Below are positions 1 to 8,819 of a DNA stretch of 64,000 nt, in pieces. Below the pieces are notes generated by a model that saw only the letters and a program-made list of their open reading frames with translations, made no database searches and was not told the origin of the DNA. The stretch spans positions 1,856,001 to 1,920,000 of the forward strand of contig OY769902.1 in NCBI GenBank assembly GCA_963669175.1. The letters are read 5' to 3'. The stretch comes from a bacterium. Lineage in GTDB: Bacteria; Electryoneota; Electryoneia; Electryoneales; Electryoneaceae. Position numbers and translations under genes: made by a program. Each line of letters opens with the position of its first letter. The first letter of the stretch is position 1.

Positions 1-1620
1 CTGCGTAAACAGGTAGAGCTCCAAACGCGCGAATTGTCACAGGCGAACAAGGATCTGAAAGAAGAAATCAGGGTTCGCCTGGTGCATGAAAAGGATCTGT
101 TGCGACTGGGGACTGTTGTTGAACAGATGATAGAAGGTGTTGTGATTACCGATGTTCATGGTAATGTTGAATATGTCAATCCCGGTTTTGAAGCTGTTAC
201 CGGCTTGCTTCGTGAAGATGTCATCTGCGCCAGCTATACTCATTTGCTCGCCGGTTATAACCGCGAGGATAATGAGTATTGCATTGAGGAGATGGTAAAT
301 ACAGTAGGCATCGGCAATCCCTGGCGGGGGCGGCTGACCTATACGCGGCAGGATAACAAGATCTCTGACCTCGAGGCCAGTGTCTTACCGATCCGTGATG
401 CGGAAGGCAACATCGTCAATAACCTGTGTATCCTTCGCGACCTGACCCATGAAACCCTGCTGGAGCGTCAACTCCGTCAATCCCAGAAACTGGAAGCGAT
501 CGGCACGCTTGCGGGCGGTATCGCTCATGACTTCAATAATACGTTGTTCACGATGATGGGACAGACAGACCTGGCTATGATGCTGATGCCGTCAGACAGT
601 CCGGCGAAGAAAAAACTGGAACGTGTGATCCAGGCGGGGCAGCGGGCCAAGGATCTGGTCAGGCAGATCCTCACCTTCAGTCGTCACAGCGAGAATGAAC
701 GCCGTGTCCTGGAAATTCAGAATATCATCAAAGAGACCATGCACCTGATTCGCCCGGCTTTGCCAACCAGCATCGAGATTCGTACGGATTTCAACGCTCG
801 CGGAGCGCTGGTCGAAACTGATCCGACCCAGATTCACCAGATATTGCTGAACCTGTGCAACAACGCGGCCCAGGCGCTACCGGCGCAAAAGGGCGTTCTT
901 GATGTACGCCTTTCCACGATCAACATCACCGATCATTTGAACAGCCTCCAGTTGTATCCGGACGACTATATCAAGCTGACCGTACGCGATAATGGCATGG
1001 GCATTCCCAAGCGAGTCCTGGACCGTATTTTTGAACCGTTCTTCTCCACCAAGCCCAAGGGAGAAGGCACCGGGATGGGATTGGCGGTTGTCCACGGGAT
1101 CGTGGAAAGCCACAAGGGATTGATCACGGTCGAGAGCGAGGTGGGGAAGGGGACCACTTTCGATATTTACCTGCCCACGATTCAGGGCGAGGCTTCCGTA
1201 ACCGAACTTGAACAATGTGAGGATCGCAAGGGAAACGAACGAATCCTGGTTGTTGACGATGAAGAGGCGGTCACTGAAGTATTGACCCAGATGTTGGAAC
1301 ACTTGGAATACCAGGTGGATAGTTTCACCGACAGCCGCGAAGCGTTGCGGGTGTTCCGTGAATCACCACGCAACTATGACCTTCTGATCACCGATTTCTC
1401 CATGCCCGGCCTGACCGGGGCGGAGTTGTGCGAACGTGTGCTGGCAATACGGGCGAGTATCCCGATTGTCATGATCACCGGATATGGTCAGTATATGACG
1501 ACTGAGAGCGCGCGTGAGATTGGTGTGACCGAGCTGATGATGAAGCCCATCCTGACGCATGACCTGTCAGAAGTCGTGCGCCGTGTGCTGGATGGGGAAT
1601 CTATGCCCGAGCCTGTGTAG
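1..1620 (+). CDS. PAS-domain hybrid sensor histidine kinase/response regulator (5'-partial)
   Basis: Frame is open from base 1. PAS domain, HisKA motif LAGGIAHDFNN, HATPase boxes (NLCNNA, DNGMG, FFSTK, GTGMGL), C-terminal receiver (LVVDD...TDFSMPG...KP). Confidence 0.93.
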   Translation: MRKQVELQTRELSQANKDLKEEIRVRLVHEKDLLRLGTVVEQMIEGVVITDVHGNVEYVNPGFEAVTGLLREDVICASYTHLLAGYNREDNEYCIEEMVNTVGIGNPWRGRLTYTRQDNKISDLEASVLPIRDAEGNIVNNLCILRDLTHETLLERQLRQSQKLEAIGTLAGGIAHDFNNTLFTMMGQTDLAMMLMPSDSPAKKKLERVIQAGQRAKDLVRQILTFSRHSENERRVLEIQNIIKETMHLIRPALPTSIEIRTDFNARGALVETDPTQIHQILLNLCNNAAQALPAQKGVLDVRLSTINITDHLNSLQLYPDDYIKLTVRDNGMGIPKRVLDRIFEPFFSTKPKGEGTGMGLAVVHGIVESHKGLITVESEVGKGTTFDIYLPTIQGEASVTELEQCEDRKGNERILVVDDEEAVTEVLTQMLEHLEYQVDSFTDSREALRVFRESPRNYDLLITDFSMPGLTGAELCERVLAIRASIPIVMITGYGQYMTTESAREIGVTELMMKPILTHDLSEVVRRVLDGESMPEPV

Positions 1621-1638
1621 AGCATACTGGCACGCCGG

Positions 1639-2502
1639 TTATCCCTCGTACACTTCCTGGTTCATATCCACCTTATTGACCACCCATTTGCCCTTGTCAT
1701 TCTTACGGATCTGGCCGGCTTTCAATGCTGGGCCATGTTCAAAAATCATCAGGTAGTGACCGTCAAACGCTTCCGGGAGATAGTGTTCTTTGAAATTCAT
1801 GGTATCGGCTGCGTAGAGGTCATAGCCCATGACAAAGGGAATATGAAGATGGCTGGCTGTCGGGATCAGATCTGCATTAAATACGGCCGTGTGTCCACCT
1901 GATTCCACGTAAATGATGGCGTGATGTTTCGTGTGTCCACCGGTGACACGCATGCGAATGCCCGGCAGAATCTCCTTGTCGCCATCCACCAGAACCAACT
2001 TGCCGGAATCTGCCACCGGTTGCAGGTTTTCCGGCAGGTAACTGGCACGGTCACGCATGGCGGGATCCTGAGCGACTTCCCATTCACCCTTTTGAACCAC
2101 ATACTTGGCGTTCGGGAATGTCAGTTTCAGATTGCCATCAGCGTCACGATAGGTGCCGCCGCCATTATGATCGAAATGCAGATGACTCTGGATCATGTAC
2201 GTGACATCTTCCGGTTCAACCCCGATCTTCTTCAGGTTTTCAAGCAACCACCGTGGCTGTTCAACCGCAAAGATCTTCGCCTGCTTCTCGTCCCATTTGT
2301 TGCCCAATCCGTTATCAATAAGGACAACCTCACTTCCTGTTTTCACCAGCAGGCAATTTGCATGGAGCAGGATACGATTTTTTTCGTCGGGCGGATCCAT
2401 TCTCTCCCACATGACTTTTGGGACAACGCCAAACATGGCGCCGCCATCCAGACGGAAAGGACCATCTTCAATCAGGAACAGGTCAAAATCGCCGAAACGC
2501 AT
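1639..2502 (-). CDS. MBL-fold metallo-hydrolase (YtnP/lactonase-like)
   Basis: LDGGAMFGVVPK N-terminus, SHLHFDHNGG metal motif, GHT and D/H ligands. Start placed at MRFGDF. Confidence 0.9.
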   Translation of the reverse strand: MRFGDFDLFLIEDGPFRLDGGAMFGVVPKVMWERMDPPDEKNRILLHANCLLVKTGSEVVLIDNGLGNKWDEKQAKIFAVEQPRWLLENLKKIGVEPEDVTYMIQSHLHFDHNGGGTYRDADGNLKLTFPNAKYVVQKGEWEVAQDPAMRDRASYLPENLQPVADSGKLVLVDGDKEILPGIRMRVTGGHTKHHAIIYVESGGHTAVFNADLIPTASHLHIPFVMGYDLYAADTMNFKEHYLPEAFDGHYLMIFEHGPALKAGQIRKNDKGKWVVNKVDMNQEVYEG

Positions 2503-2737
2503 GGTATATACTCTCACGTTTGTTAAAAGTTTGGTAGGCCTAAAAATAAACGAATCAGATGTGTTTTGCACCTGTTTGGGAGACGGCGAGAGTCACCAGG
2601 AGACCGATTAAACGGCGCTGGAAATTAAACGTCGTATACGTGCTCAACCAGGAGAAACCCCCATCTCCATCAAGGAACAACAAACATCCACTCCCTCTCC
2701 TGGTCGAGAGGAGTGCGTGGTACCACCCAACCACGCC

Positions 2738-2770
2738 TGGAGCCCGGTCCAATGGCCGGGTTTCTTTTTT
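2738..2770 (+). terminator. Rho-independent terminator-like hairpin
   Basis: GGAGCCCGGTCC-AAT-GGCCGGGTTTC followed by a T-run. Confidence 0.6.
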
Positions 2771-2939
2771 GGGGGTGGTATGTGATACCGTGAAAACAAT
2801 TGGACGTATGCTTTTTTTCTATACCAACTTTCCTTTCACCTTGTATCCCATTCTCGTTTCGATTGCTATCAGAAATTCTTACGTTTCCATCTGGAGAGTA
2901 TCTTGTGGCAAACTTTATCTGAAGCGCCGGGGGCGAGGA

Positions 2940-5900
2940 ATGCGTATCTGGTTCAGACGGATGTTACCAGTCATGTTGGCGTTTTTCCTGTGCAGGGGAG
3001 GGAACACGATGCCTGTCACCTTTGATACGGCCGATCCGGTCGCTTCACCGGACGCAATTGTGCAGAGTGGAACCGCTCGCTTTACTATCCTCGCACCGGA
3101 TGTGATCCGTCTGGAGTGGTCTGAGAAAAAGCGATTTGAGGACCGTGCCAGCCTGACGTTTATCAACCGCCGTATCGAAACGCTCGGATCATTTGTCACG
3201 ATGGAGGAACGTGGCTGGCTTACCATCACTACCGAAGCCCTGCAACTCCGCTACAAGATCGGAAGCGGCAAATTTACCAGTAAGAACCTGGAAATTCGGC
3301 TTTTCGGCAAGAATACTCCGGACCACTGGAAGCCGGGGATGGAAAACACGGGCAACCTGGGCGGTACGGTACGAACGCTGGATATGGTGTCGGGAGCCAC
3401 CCCTTTGGAACGGGGCGTATTGTCCCGCGAAGGCTGGACACTTCTGGATGACAGCGGCACGCCAGTATTAAGTGACGATTCCCTGCGCTGGCCCAAACAG
3501 AGACGAGATAAAAACGGGATTGACTGGTATTTCTTCACCTATGGCCATGAGTATCAGCACGCCATGCAGAACTACACCGCTTTGACCGGTGCTGTTCCGG
3601 TCCCGCCACGGTGGGCATTCGGGAGCTGGTGGAGCCGCTATTGGGCGTATTCCGCCGCTGAGCTGAAAGAACTGATCGGCGAGTTTCACAAGAATGATGT
3701 TCCCCTGGATGTGCTTGTTGTGGACATGGACTGGCATCTTGAGGGCTGGACCGGGTACACCTGGAACCGTGAACTGTTTCCAGATCCGAAAGCTTTCCTG
3801 GCTTGGGTTCATGAGCAGGGCTTGCATGTCACGTTGAACCTGCATCCACACCAGGGGGTGGGAAAGCATGAAGAATGTTTCGTGGAATTCTGCGAAGCCA
3901 TGGGAATGGATCCTGCTTCCACGGACAATATCCCCTTCGATATCGCCAATCCCGCTTATATGAAGGCTTACTTTGGTATCCTGCATCACCCGTTGGAGGA
4001 GGAAGGCGTCGATTTCTGGTGGATCGACTGGCAACAGGGGGAGGTGTCTGGATTGAAGGGGCTTGATCCCTTGTTCTGGCTGAATCATCTACACTGGCGC
4101 GATATGGAAACCAGAGCGAAAGAAACGGGGAAACGTCCGCTTCTGTTCAGTCGTTGGGGTGGGCTCGGGTCGCACCGTTACCAGACCGGATTTTCCGGGG
4201 ATACCTATTGCGACTGGGCCTCGCTTGCGTTTCAGCCGTACTTCACCACAACCGCCGCCAATGTCGCCTACCCATTCTGGAGCCATGACATCGGTGGTCA
4301 TCAACCCGGCCCGGTAGAGGGGGAGTTGTATCTTCGCTGGGTCCAATTTGCCGTATTCAACCCGATTCTCCGAACCCATGCGACCAAGAATCCAGGAGCC
4401 GAACGTCGTATCTGGTCGTTCGATGATGTGTATTTCCAGGCAATGCGTGGCGCTTTCCAGCTACGTTACCAGCTCGCACCCTATATCTACCACAATGCTC
4501 ATGAGGCGTGGGCATCTACAACGCCACTGCTGAAACCACTTTACTACAAATGGCCGGAAGAGGAAGCGGCGTATGATTTCACGGATCAGTATCTCTTCGG
4601 CGCTGACATGCTGGTTGCACCGGTTATCTCCCCGGTTCAGCAGTCTACAGGCGTAGTCGCGTCTCATGTCTGGATGCCGCCGGGCGAGTGGATTCACTGG
4701 TTTACCGGGCAGCGATTCACCGGCCCGGATACGGTGATAGTCAATACGCCATTGGACCAGACGCCAGTATTTGTTCGCAGTGGGGCGATTATTCCCATGC
4801 AGAGGAAGACTGAACGCCTCGGCGAGACGATTCCTGATACGCTGGTCTTCAGGATGTTCCCGGGTGAGGGCGGTGAGATTCACCTGTATGAGGATGACGG
4901 TGTCAGCAATGCCTACCAAGGTGGGGTTCACAGTATTACCCCGATATCCTGGAAGCATGCCGGCCGTTTGATCAGCATCAGCATCAAGCCACGAGAAGGC
5001 AGCTTCGCAGACGCTCCGGAAAACCGCGTCTATGAATTCCGTTTCCCTTTCCAGTGGTTGCCGGACAAGGTGCAAGCCAACCGTGAGGATTTACCCCAGT
5101 TCTACGAGGAACCGCCAGTGGGGGAGAGTGGCTGGTGGTATGACGCGCATGAGATGATGATTGCTGTCCGGCTCAAGGAAAGGGCGGTATCCGATTCGCA
5201 AACGGTCACCATTTTCACCAAACGTGGGCTGGAACGGACCGATTTTGATGAGGGATTACGTGGCAGGTTGTTACGTTTGGAGCGGGCTGTCGAGCTGGCC
5301 GGTGAACAAACGCCCGAGCCTGCTCTGAAACTAATGGAGAAATGGCAACGGATTACCCACCCCAAGGCGCATCTTGATCACGCCTGGAGTTATCACGGTT
5401 TGGAAGACTCCGTATGGACCGAGGTTGTCGAGTCATTTGCGAATGCACAACTACCGGCAAGTACCCGGGAACAGGCACTGATTGCTCTGCTGGATATTTC
5501 TTTTGAAGTGATCCCCTTCAGCACAGAGCAGGGAGATTTTGCCTTTCGCGCTCAGCTTCATATGCTTGATCCGCTTGAACATATGTATGTCCATTTCGAC
5601 GCAGACTTGCCATCCGGATGGAGAGATATCACTCTTCGTTCCGCAGCATTGTTGCCTGTCCGAGCGGAAAAGCCGGAAGAATTTGTTGCTGTGCTGCGCG
5701 GAGTATCCGAGGTTCAGACAACTTCTGTTCACCTGGTTGCCAGGGTAAGTGTTGGCTATAGCGATGTTGAACTTGCTCATGATGAAGTGCTGTTCCCTGC
5801 GATCAATGCCTGGCATGTGCTGGCGCCGTTTGATAACCCGGGACGGCATTCACTGGAAGAAGAATTCCCGCCGGAAAAAACCATCGCTCTGTCTGATTCT

Positions 5901-6320
5901 TACCGTGGCAAAGCGGGAAAGACGATCACGTGGAACACGGTCAGAATGGCCCCGGGATCGGCGAACCGTAATGCGGATGACTTCTTCGTTGACTTGCATG
6001 AGGCGTCCGGCTCATATACCGAGGATGCCGTGGGCTATGGGTTTGTCTATCTCGACAGCCCACGTGAGCAGGATGCGCTACTCCTGTTGGGCTCGGATGA
6101 TGGGGTGAAGGTATGGCTGAATAACAAGCTGGTGCATGAGAATGAGGTTGGACGCGCGTATCGTCCCCGCGAGGATAGTATCCCGATTCATCTGCGCAAA
6201 GGGTTGAATGCTTTGCTGGTGAAAGTCAGCCAGGGGAACGGCGGCTGGGGGTTCGGCGCGCAGCTTGTGGATATGCAAGGGAAGCCGTTGCATGATGTTC
6301 GGGTGAAATTGCAGCCGTGA
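2940..6320 (+). CDS. Secreted glycoside hydrolase family 31 (alpha-glucosidase/xylosidase-like) with C-terminal beta-sandwich domain
   Basis: PPRWAFGSWWSRYW, VVDMDWH, nucleophile motif FWWIDWQ, acid/base FSGDT, SHDIGG, YEDDG. C-terminal LGSDDGVKVWLN...LLVKV domain. Signal-like N-terminus; start uncertain. Confidence 0.9.
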   Translation: MRIWFRRMLPVMLAFFLCRGGNTMPVTFDTADPVASPDAIVQSGTARFTILAPDVIRLEWSEKKRFEDRASLTFINRRIETLGSFVTMEERGWLTITTEALQLRYKIGSGKFTSKNLEIRLFGKNTPDHWKPGMENTGNLGGTVRTLDMVSGATPLERGVLSREGWTLLDDSGTPVLSDDSLRWPKQRRDKNGIDWYFFTYGHEYQHAMQNYTALTGAVPVPPRWAFGSWWSRYWAYSAAELKELIGEFHKNDVPLDVLVVDMDWHLEGWTGYTWNRELFPDPKAFLAWVHEQGLHVTLNLHPHQGVGKHEECFVEFCEAMGMDPASTDNIPFDIANPAYMKAYFGILHHPLEEEGVDFWWIDWQQGEVSGLKGLDPLFWLNHLHWRDMETRAKETGKRPLLFSRWGGLGSHRYQTGFSGDTYCDWASLAFQPYFTTTAANVAYPFWSHDIGGHQPGPVEGELYLRWVQFAVFNPILRTHATKNPGAERRIWSFDDVYFQAMRGAFQLRYQLAPYIYHNAHEAWASTTPLLKPLYYKWPEEEAAYDFTDQYLFGADMLVAPVISPVQQSTGVVASHVWMPPGEWIHWFTGQRFTGPDTVIVNTPLDQTPVFVRSGAIIPMQRKTERLGETIPDTLVFRMFPGEGGEIHLYEDDGVSNAYQGGVHSITPISWKHAGRLISISIKPREGSFADAPENRVYEFRFPFQWLPDKVQANREDLPQFYEEPPVGESGWWYDAHEMMIAVRLKERAVSDSQTVTIFTKRGLERTDFDEGLRGRLLRLERAVELAGEQTPEPALKLMEKWQRITHPKAHLDHAWSYHGLEDSVWTEVVESFANAQLPASTREQALIALLDISFEVIPFSTEQGDFAFRAQLHMLDPLEHMYVHFDADLPSGWRDITLRSAALLPVRAEKPEEFVAVLRGVSEVQTTSVHLVARVSVGYSDVELAHDEVLFPAINAWHVLAPFDNPGRHSLEEEFPPEKTIALSDSYRGKAGKTITWNTVRMAPGSANRNADDFFVDLHEASGSYTEDAVGYGFVYLDSPREQDALLLLGSDDGVKVWLNNKLVHENEVGRAYRPREDSIPIHLRKGLNALLVKVSQGNGGWGFGAQLVDMQGKPLHDVRVKLQP

Positions 6321-6511
6321 GATTTGAAAGATATTGTTTTTCTCGAAAGTTCTTGCTGTCTCGAGTAGGCCTTATACTTTCCCTTGATCTGGTATTTGTC
6401 ATAACGAAACTCCTTGCCCATGTAGACTTTCGGTACTGATATCATTTGAAATCTGCTACCCGACAATTTTAGCAGGCTTTAGCCTGCTTTTTTTAGCACC
6501 CGGCTTCAGCC

Positions 6512-6907
6512 CTGTCTCTTACCCACATCTTCTGAAAGCTGTATCAGTAAAAGAGTTGTGGACATAGCATTTTTAGAATCCCGGCGGGATTCCCTATTTT
6601 AGCATAGTGTACAGGCCGTCTGTTTGGCCTGTACACTATGTCAGGTATTCTAACGAATAATCAACCCTGGAAGGGTTGCATAATACGCGATTCATATTAG
6701 TACGTTCAATAAATACAGGAAATAACGCATTTTATATTCTATACAAACCAATTGGGTGTAAATTATACGTTATGCAACCCTTCCAGGGTTGAGATAAGGT
6801 TTGATCTTTTTCGTAGGGTAGACGCTAAACAGACAGCGTCAACCCTACGCTAAAATATACCACCCCCTCTGGGGTGGCAGAAACACGAAGATGTGAGCAA
6901 GAGACAG
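6512..6907. mobile_element. Non-autonomous IS4-family (IS50/Tn5-like) MITE
   Basis: 21-bp terminal inverted repeats CTGTCTCTTACCCACATCTTC / GAAGATGTGAGCAAGAGACAG (19/21 identical). Flanking direct repeat GGCTTCAGCC at 6502-6511 and 6908-6917. No ORF. Confidence 0.8.
6661..6877. repeat. REP/REPIN-like hairpin cluster inside the MITE
   Basis: Inverted pair TCAACCCTGGAAGGGTTGCATAA (6661-6683) / TTATGCAACCCTTCCAGGGTTGA (6770-6792), plus hairpins at 6812-6849 and 6860-6877. Confidence 0.7.
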
Positions 6908-7109
6908 GGCTTCAGCCGGGGTGTTCGTGGTTGTAAAGAAGTGGCGAGCGCCCTTCAGGGTGCCTTCCGGAATCAGGATTTATAACAGGCAAGCACGCTA
7001 AAGCGCGCTCAGAATGGTTGTCGGCATCTTATCACCCCGGCTGAAGCCGGGTGCTAAGAAGAGCCTGCTGAAGCAGGCTGATATAGTTGTTCTGCTATGT
7101 AAACAGTCA

Positions 7110-7314
7110 AGGGTGTAAAGAGCCTTTGTATCGTCCCATGTGCCGTTCTGCTATTCGTGCTCGTGGCACAGGTTTTTTGTTCGCACGGAACAGCGGCGCC
7201 CTAAACTCGAATCGTTGTCAAGCAACAGAATAACTACCAGGGTCGCGTGTTCCCAATGGCATCGGACGATTCAATCACAATCTATGCTTTACCTACCTGC
7301 CAGCAGTGCTGGGG
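7110..7314 (-). ncRNA. Putative bridge/seek RNA of the IS110 element
   Basis: About 200-nt non-coding region downstream of the transposase, with two internal loops whose strands match the target (TAGTTGTTCT|CGATT) and donor (CT|GCTAT) junctions. Confidence 0.7.
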
Positions 7315-8376
7315 TTATACGCAGGCAGGATTGTAGTCTTGTTCTTTGACCAGCATGGCCCACAGTATCACGGCTAGTTTTCGTGCCATGGCGACGATCG
7401 CCACTTTCCGTGTTTTCCCGGCATGGATCGCATCGTATTTCTTCTTTGCATACGGATCTTTTTGCACCCAACGCCACGCAGCTTCGACCAATAGTTTTCG
7501 TAGATGGGACGGTCCCCAGTGGGTAATGTGTCCCATATGGCGTGTGTTGGCGCTTGACCATTCACACGGCGTCAAGCCAAGATGTGCGCCGACTTGCTTA
7601 CCGGATGCGAAGCGTTCGGGACGATACATCTCGGTCACGAAGGCGTTCACGGTCAACTCGCCCACTCCCTTCACCTGGCGCAGGCGCTGGGTACGGTCCC
7701 GATACGTTGCGGACGCATTCATCGCCTTGATCGCTTTGGTGATCACCTTGAGTTGCTGTTCAATGGCCTCCAGCTCATCGAGAGCAACATCAATGGCTAT
7801 CCGTGTCGCGGCCAGACAATCACACGTTCGCAACCAGCGCCGGTATTCCTTTGTCCAATAGCGTTGCGGCGGAAACGGTGACTGTAAACCGTGAAACAAT
7901 AGCAGACTCTTGATTCGGTTTTTGACCCGAACGCGATCATTCATCACCTGGTCACGGGTGCGAGACAACTGACGATCCGCCTCTTCCTGTTCTGTGGGGA
8001 CATGTACCCAGGTACGAGGTGGTGTCCAGAACATGTGGGCCAAGGTAAGGGCATCCAGATGATCGGTCTTCTGCTGCTTCGCTTGCGCCCCTTTGGGAAC
8101 TTGGCTGGGCGGCGCGATCTGGCAGTCAACACCTTGGCCGATCAGGTAACGACAGAGGCCAAAGCCGGTGAGGCCCGCTTCATAACACGCCCACATGCGG
8201 CAGTTGGGAAAACGGGCAAAGAAGCGTTCCCAGGCGGCTGAGTCATGCTTGATCCGATTCTCAAAGAGCACTTCACCAGTCTGGGTGTCGAGCACAACGG
8301 CGAAAGAAGTCTGCGAATCAACATCCAGACCTATAGACAATGAACGGTCCGCTGCAATAACTTGGTTCTTCGACAT
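7315..8376 (-). CDS. IS110-family transposase (DEDD recombinase)
   Basis: IGLDVD, CYEAG, KTDHLDA (RuvC-like DEDD), VKGVG, GLTPCEWSS (catalytic Ser loop), LVEAAW, AIVAMARKLA. Confidence 0.96.
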   Translation of the reverse strand: MSKNQVIAADRSLSIGLDVDSQTSFAVVLDTQTGEVLFENRIKHDSAAWERFFARFPNCRMWACYEAGLTGFGLCRYLIGQGVDCQIAPPSQVPKGAQAKQQKTDHLDALTLAHMFWTPPRTWVHVPTEQEEADRQLSRTRDQVMNDRVRVKNRIKSLLLFHGLQSPFPPQRYWTKEYRRWLRTCDCLAATRIAIDVALDELEAIEQQLKVITKAIKAMNASATYRDRTQRLRQVKGVGELTVNAFVTEMYRPERFASGKQVGAHLGLTPCEWSSANTRHMGHITHWGPSHLRKLLVEAAWRWVQKDPYAKKKYDAIHAGKTRKVAIVAMARKLAVILWAMLVKEQDYNPACV

Positions 8377-8463
8377 GGCGCTTCTCCTTGTGTTGGAAAA
8401 ATGGAATACTGCTAAGATAGCAGTTCCAACACGACTTGATGCGCCTGTCGTTTAACATAGGAA

Positions 8464-8792
8464 CTCGATTTTATTCCGTCATAATAGAGAATGCCGGGAA
8501 AAGAGGACGGGATCCTTTTCCTCGCGCGCATATGAAACACCAATGCGTTGGGCGTGGCCGGGCTGCTGCTTAACCCTTTTCCTCGCGCGCATATGAAACA
8601 CCAATGCGTTGGGCGTGGCCGGGCTGCTGCTTGACCCTTTTCCTCGCGCGCATATGAAACACTCTCGCCGAACTTGTGGGAAAGGAAACTTTCCCCTTTT
8701 TCCATATCCTTATCCTTTATTCCAACCATATGGTTGACCTTTCACTGATCTGGCACATGACCACATGACGGAATAATAATGGGAATCGCTAT
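8464..8792. repeat. Dispersed REP cassette family C, copy 1 (with internal 61-bp tandem duplication)
   Basis: Near-identical to 55513-55826 at both ends (CTCGATTTTATTCCG...GGAATAATAATGGGAATCGCTATA). 27-bp unit at 8514, 8575 and 8636. Confidence 0.85.
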
Positions 8793-8819
8793 ATCTCAGA
8801 AAATTACTTGAAATTTTAA

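Larger units (their letters stand above)
6471..7079. repeat. REP-type multi-hairpin cassette (family D, copy 1), interrupted by a MITE
   Basis: AGCAGGCTTTAGCCTGCT / CACCCGGCTTCAGCCGGGGTG / GAGCGCCCTTCAGGGTGC / GCACGCTAAAGCGCGCTC / AGCCTGCTGAAGCAGGCT, in the same order as at 17685-17886. Confidence 0.8.
7094..8465 (-). mobile_element. IS110-family element (IS1111-like architecture)
   Basis: Sub-terminal inverted repeats CTATGTAAAC (7095-7104) / GTTTAACATAG (8450-8460). CT core at both junctions (7092-7093, 8464-8465). Outward-facing TTGACT at the downstream end. Related empty site at 55505-55525. Confidence 0.85.

Noticed and set aside
2559-2939. 127-aa N-terminal extension of GH31
   Set aside because: It spans a terminator hairpin and AT-rich promoter-like DNA. 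A signal-like start with upstream GAGGA lies at 2940.
6512-6907. Nextera adapter contamination
   Set aside because: Both ends differ from the mosaic end in different ways, share two extra matching bases, are inverted, and are flanked by a duplication that rebuilds a genomic hairpin. A natural MITE is more likely, though reads should confirm it.
8514-8662. True CRISPR array
   Set aside because: The two spacers are near-identical, there are no cas genes or leader, and the repeat is part of a dispersed cassette.
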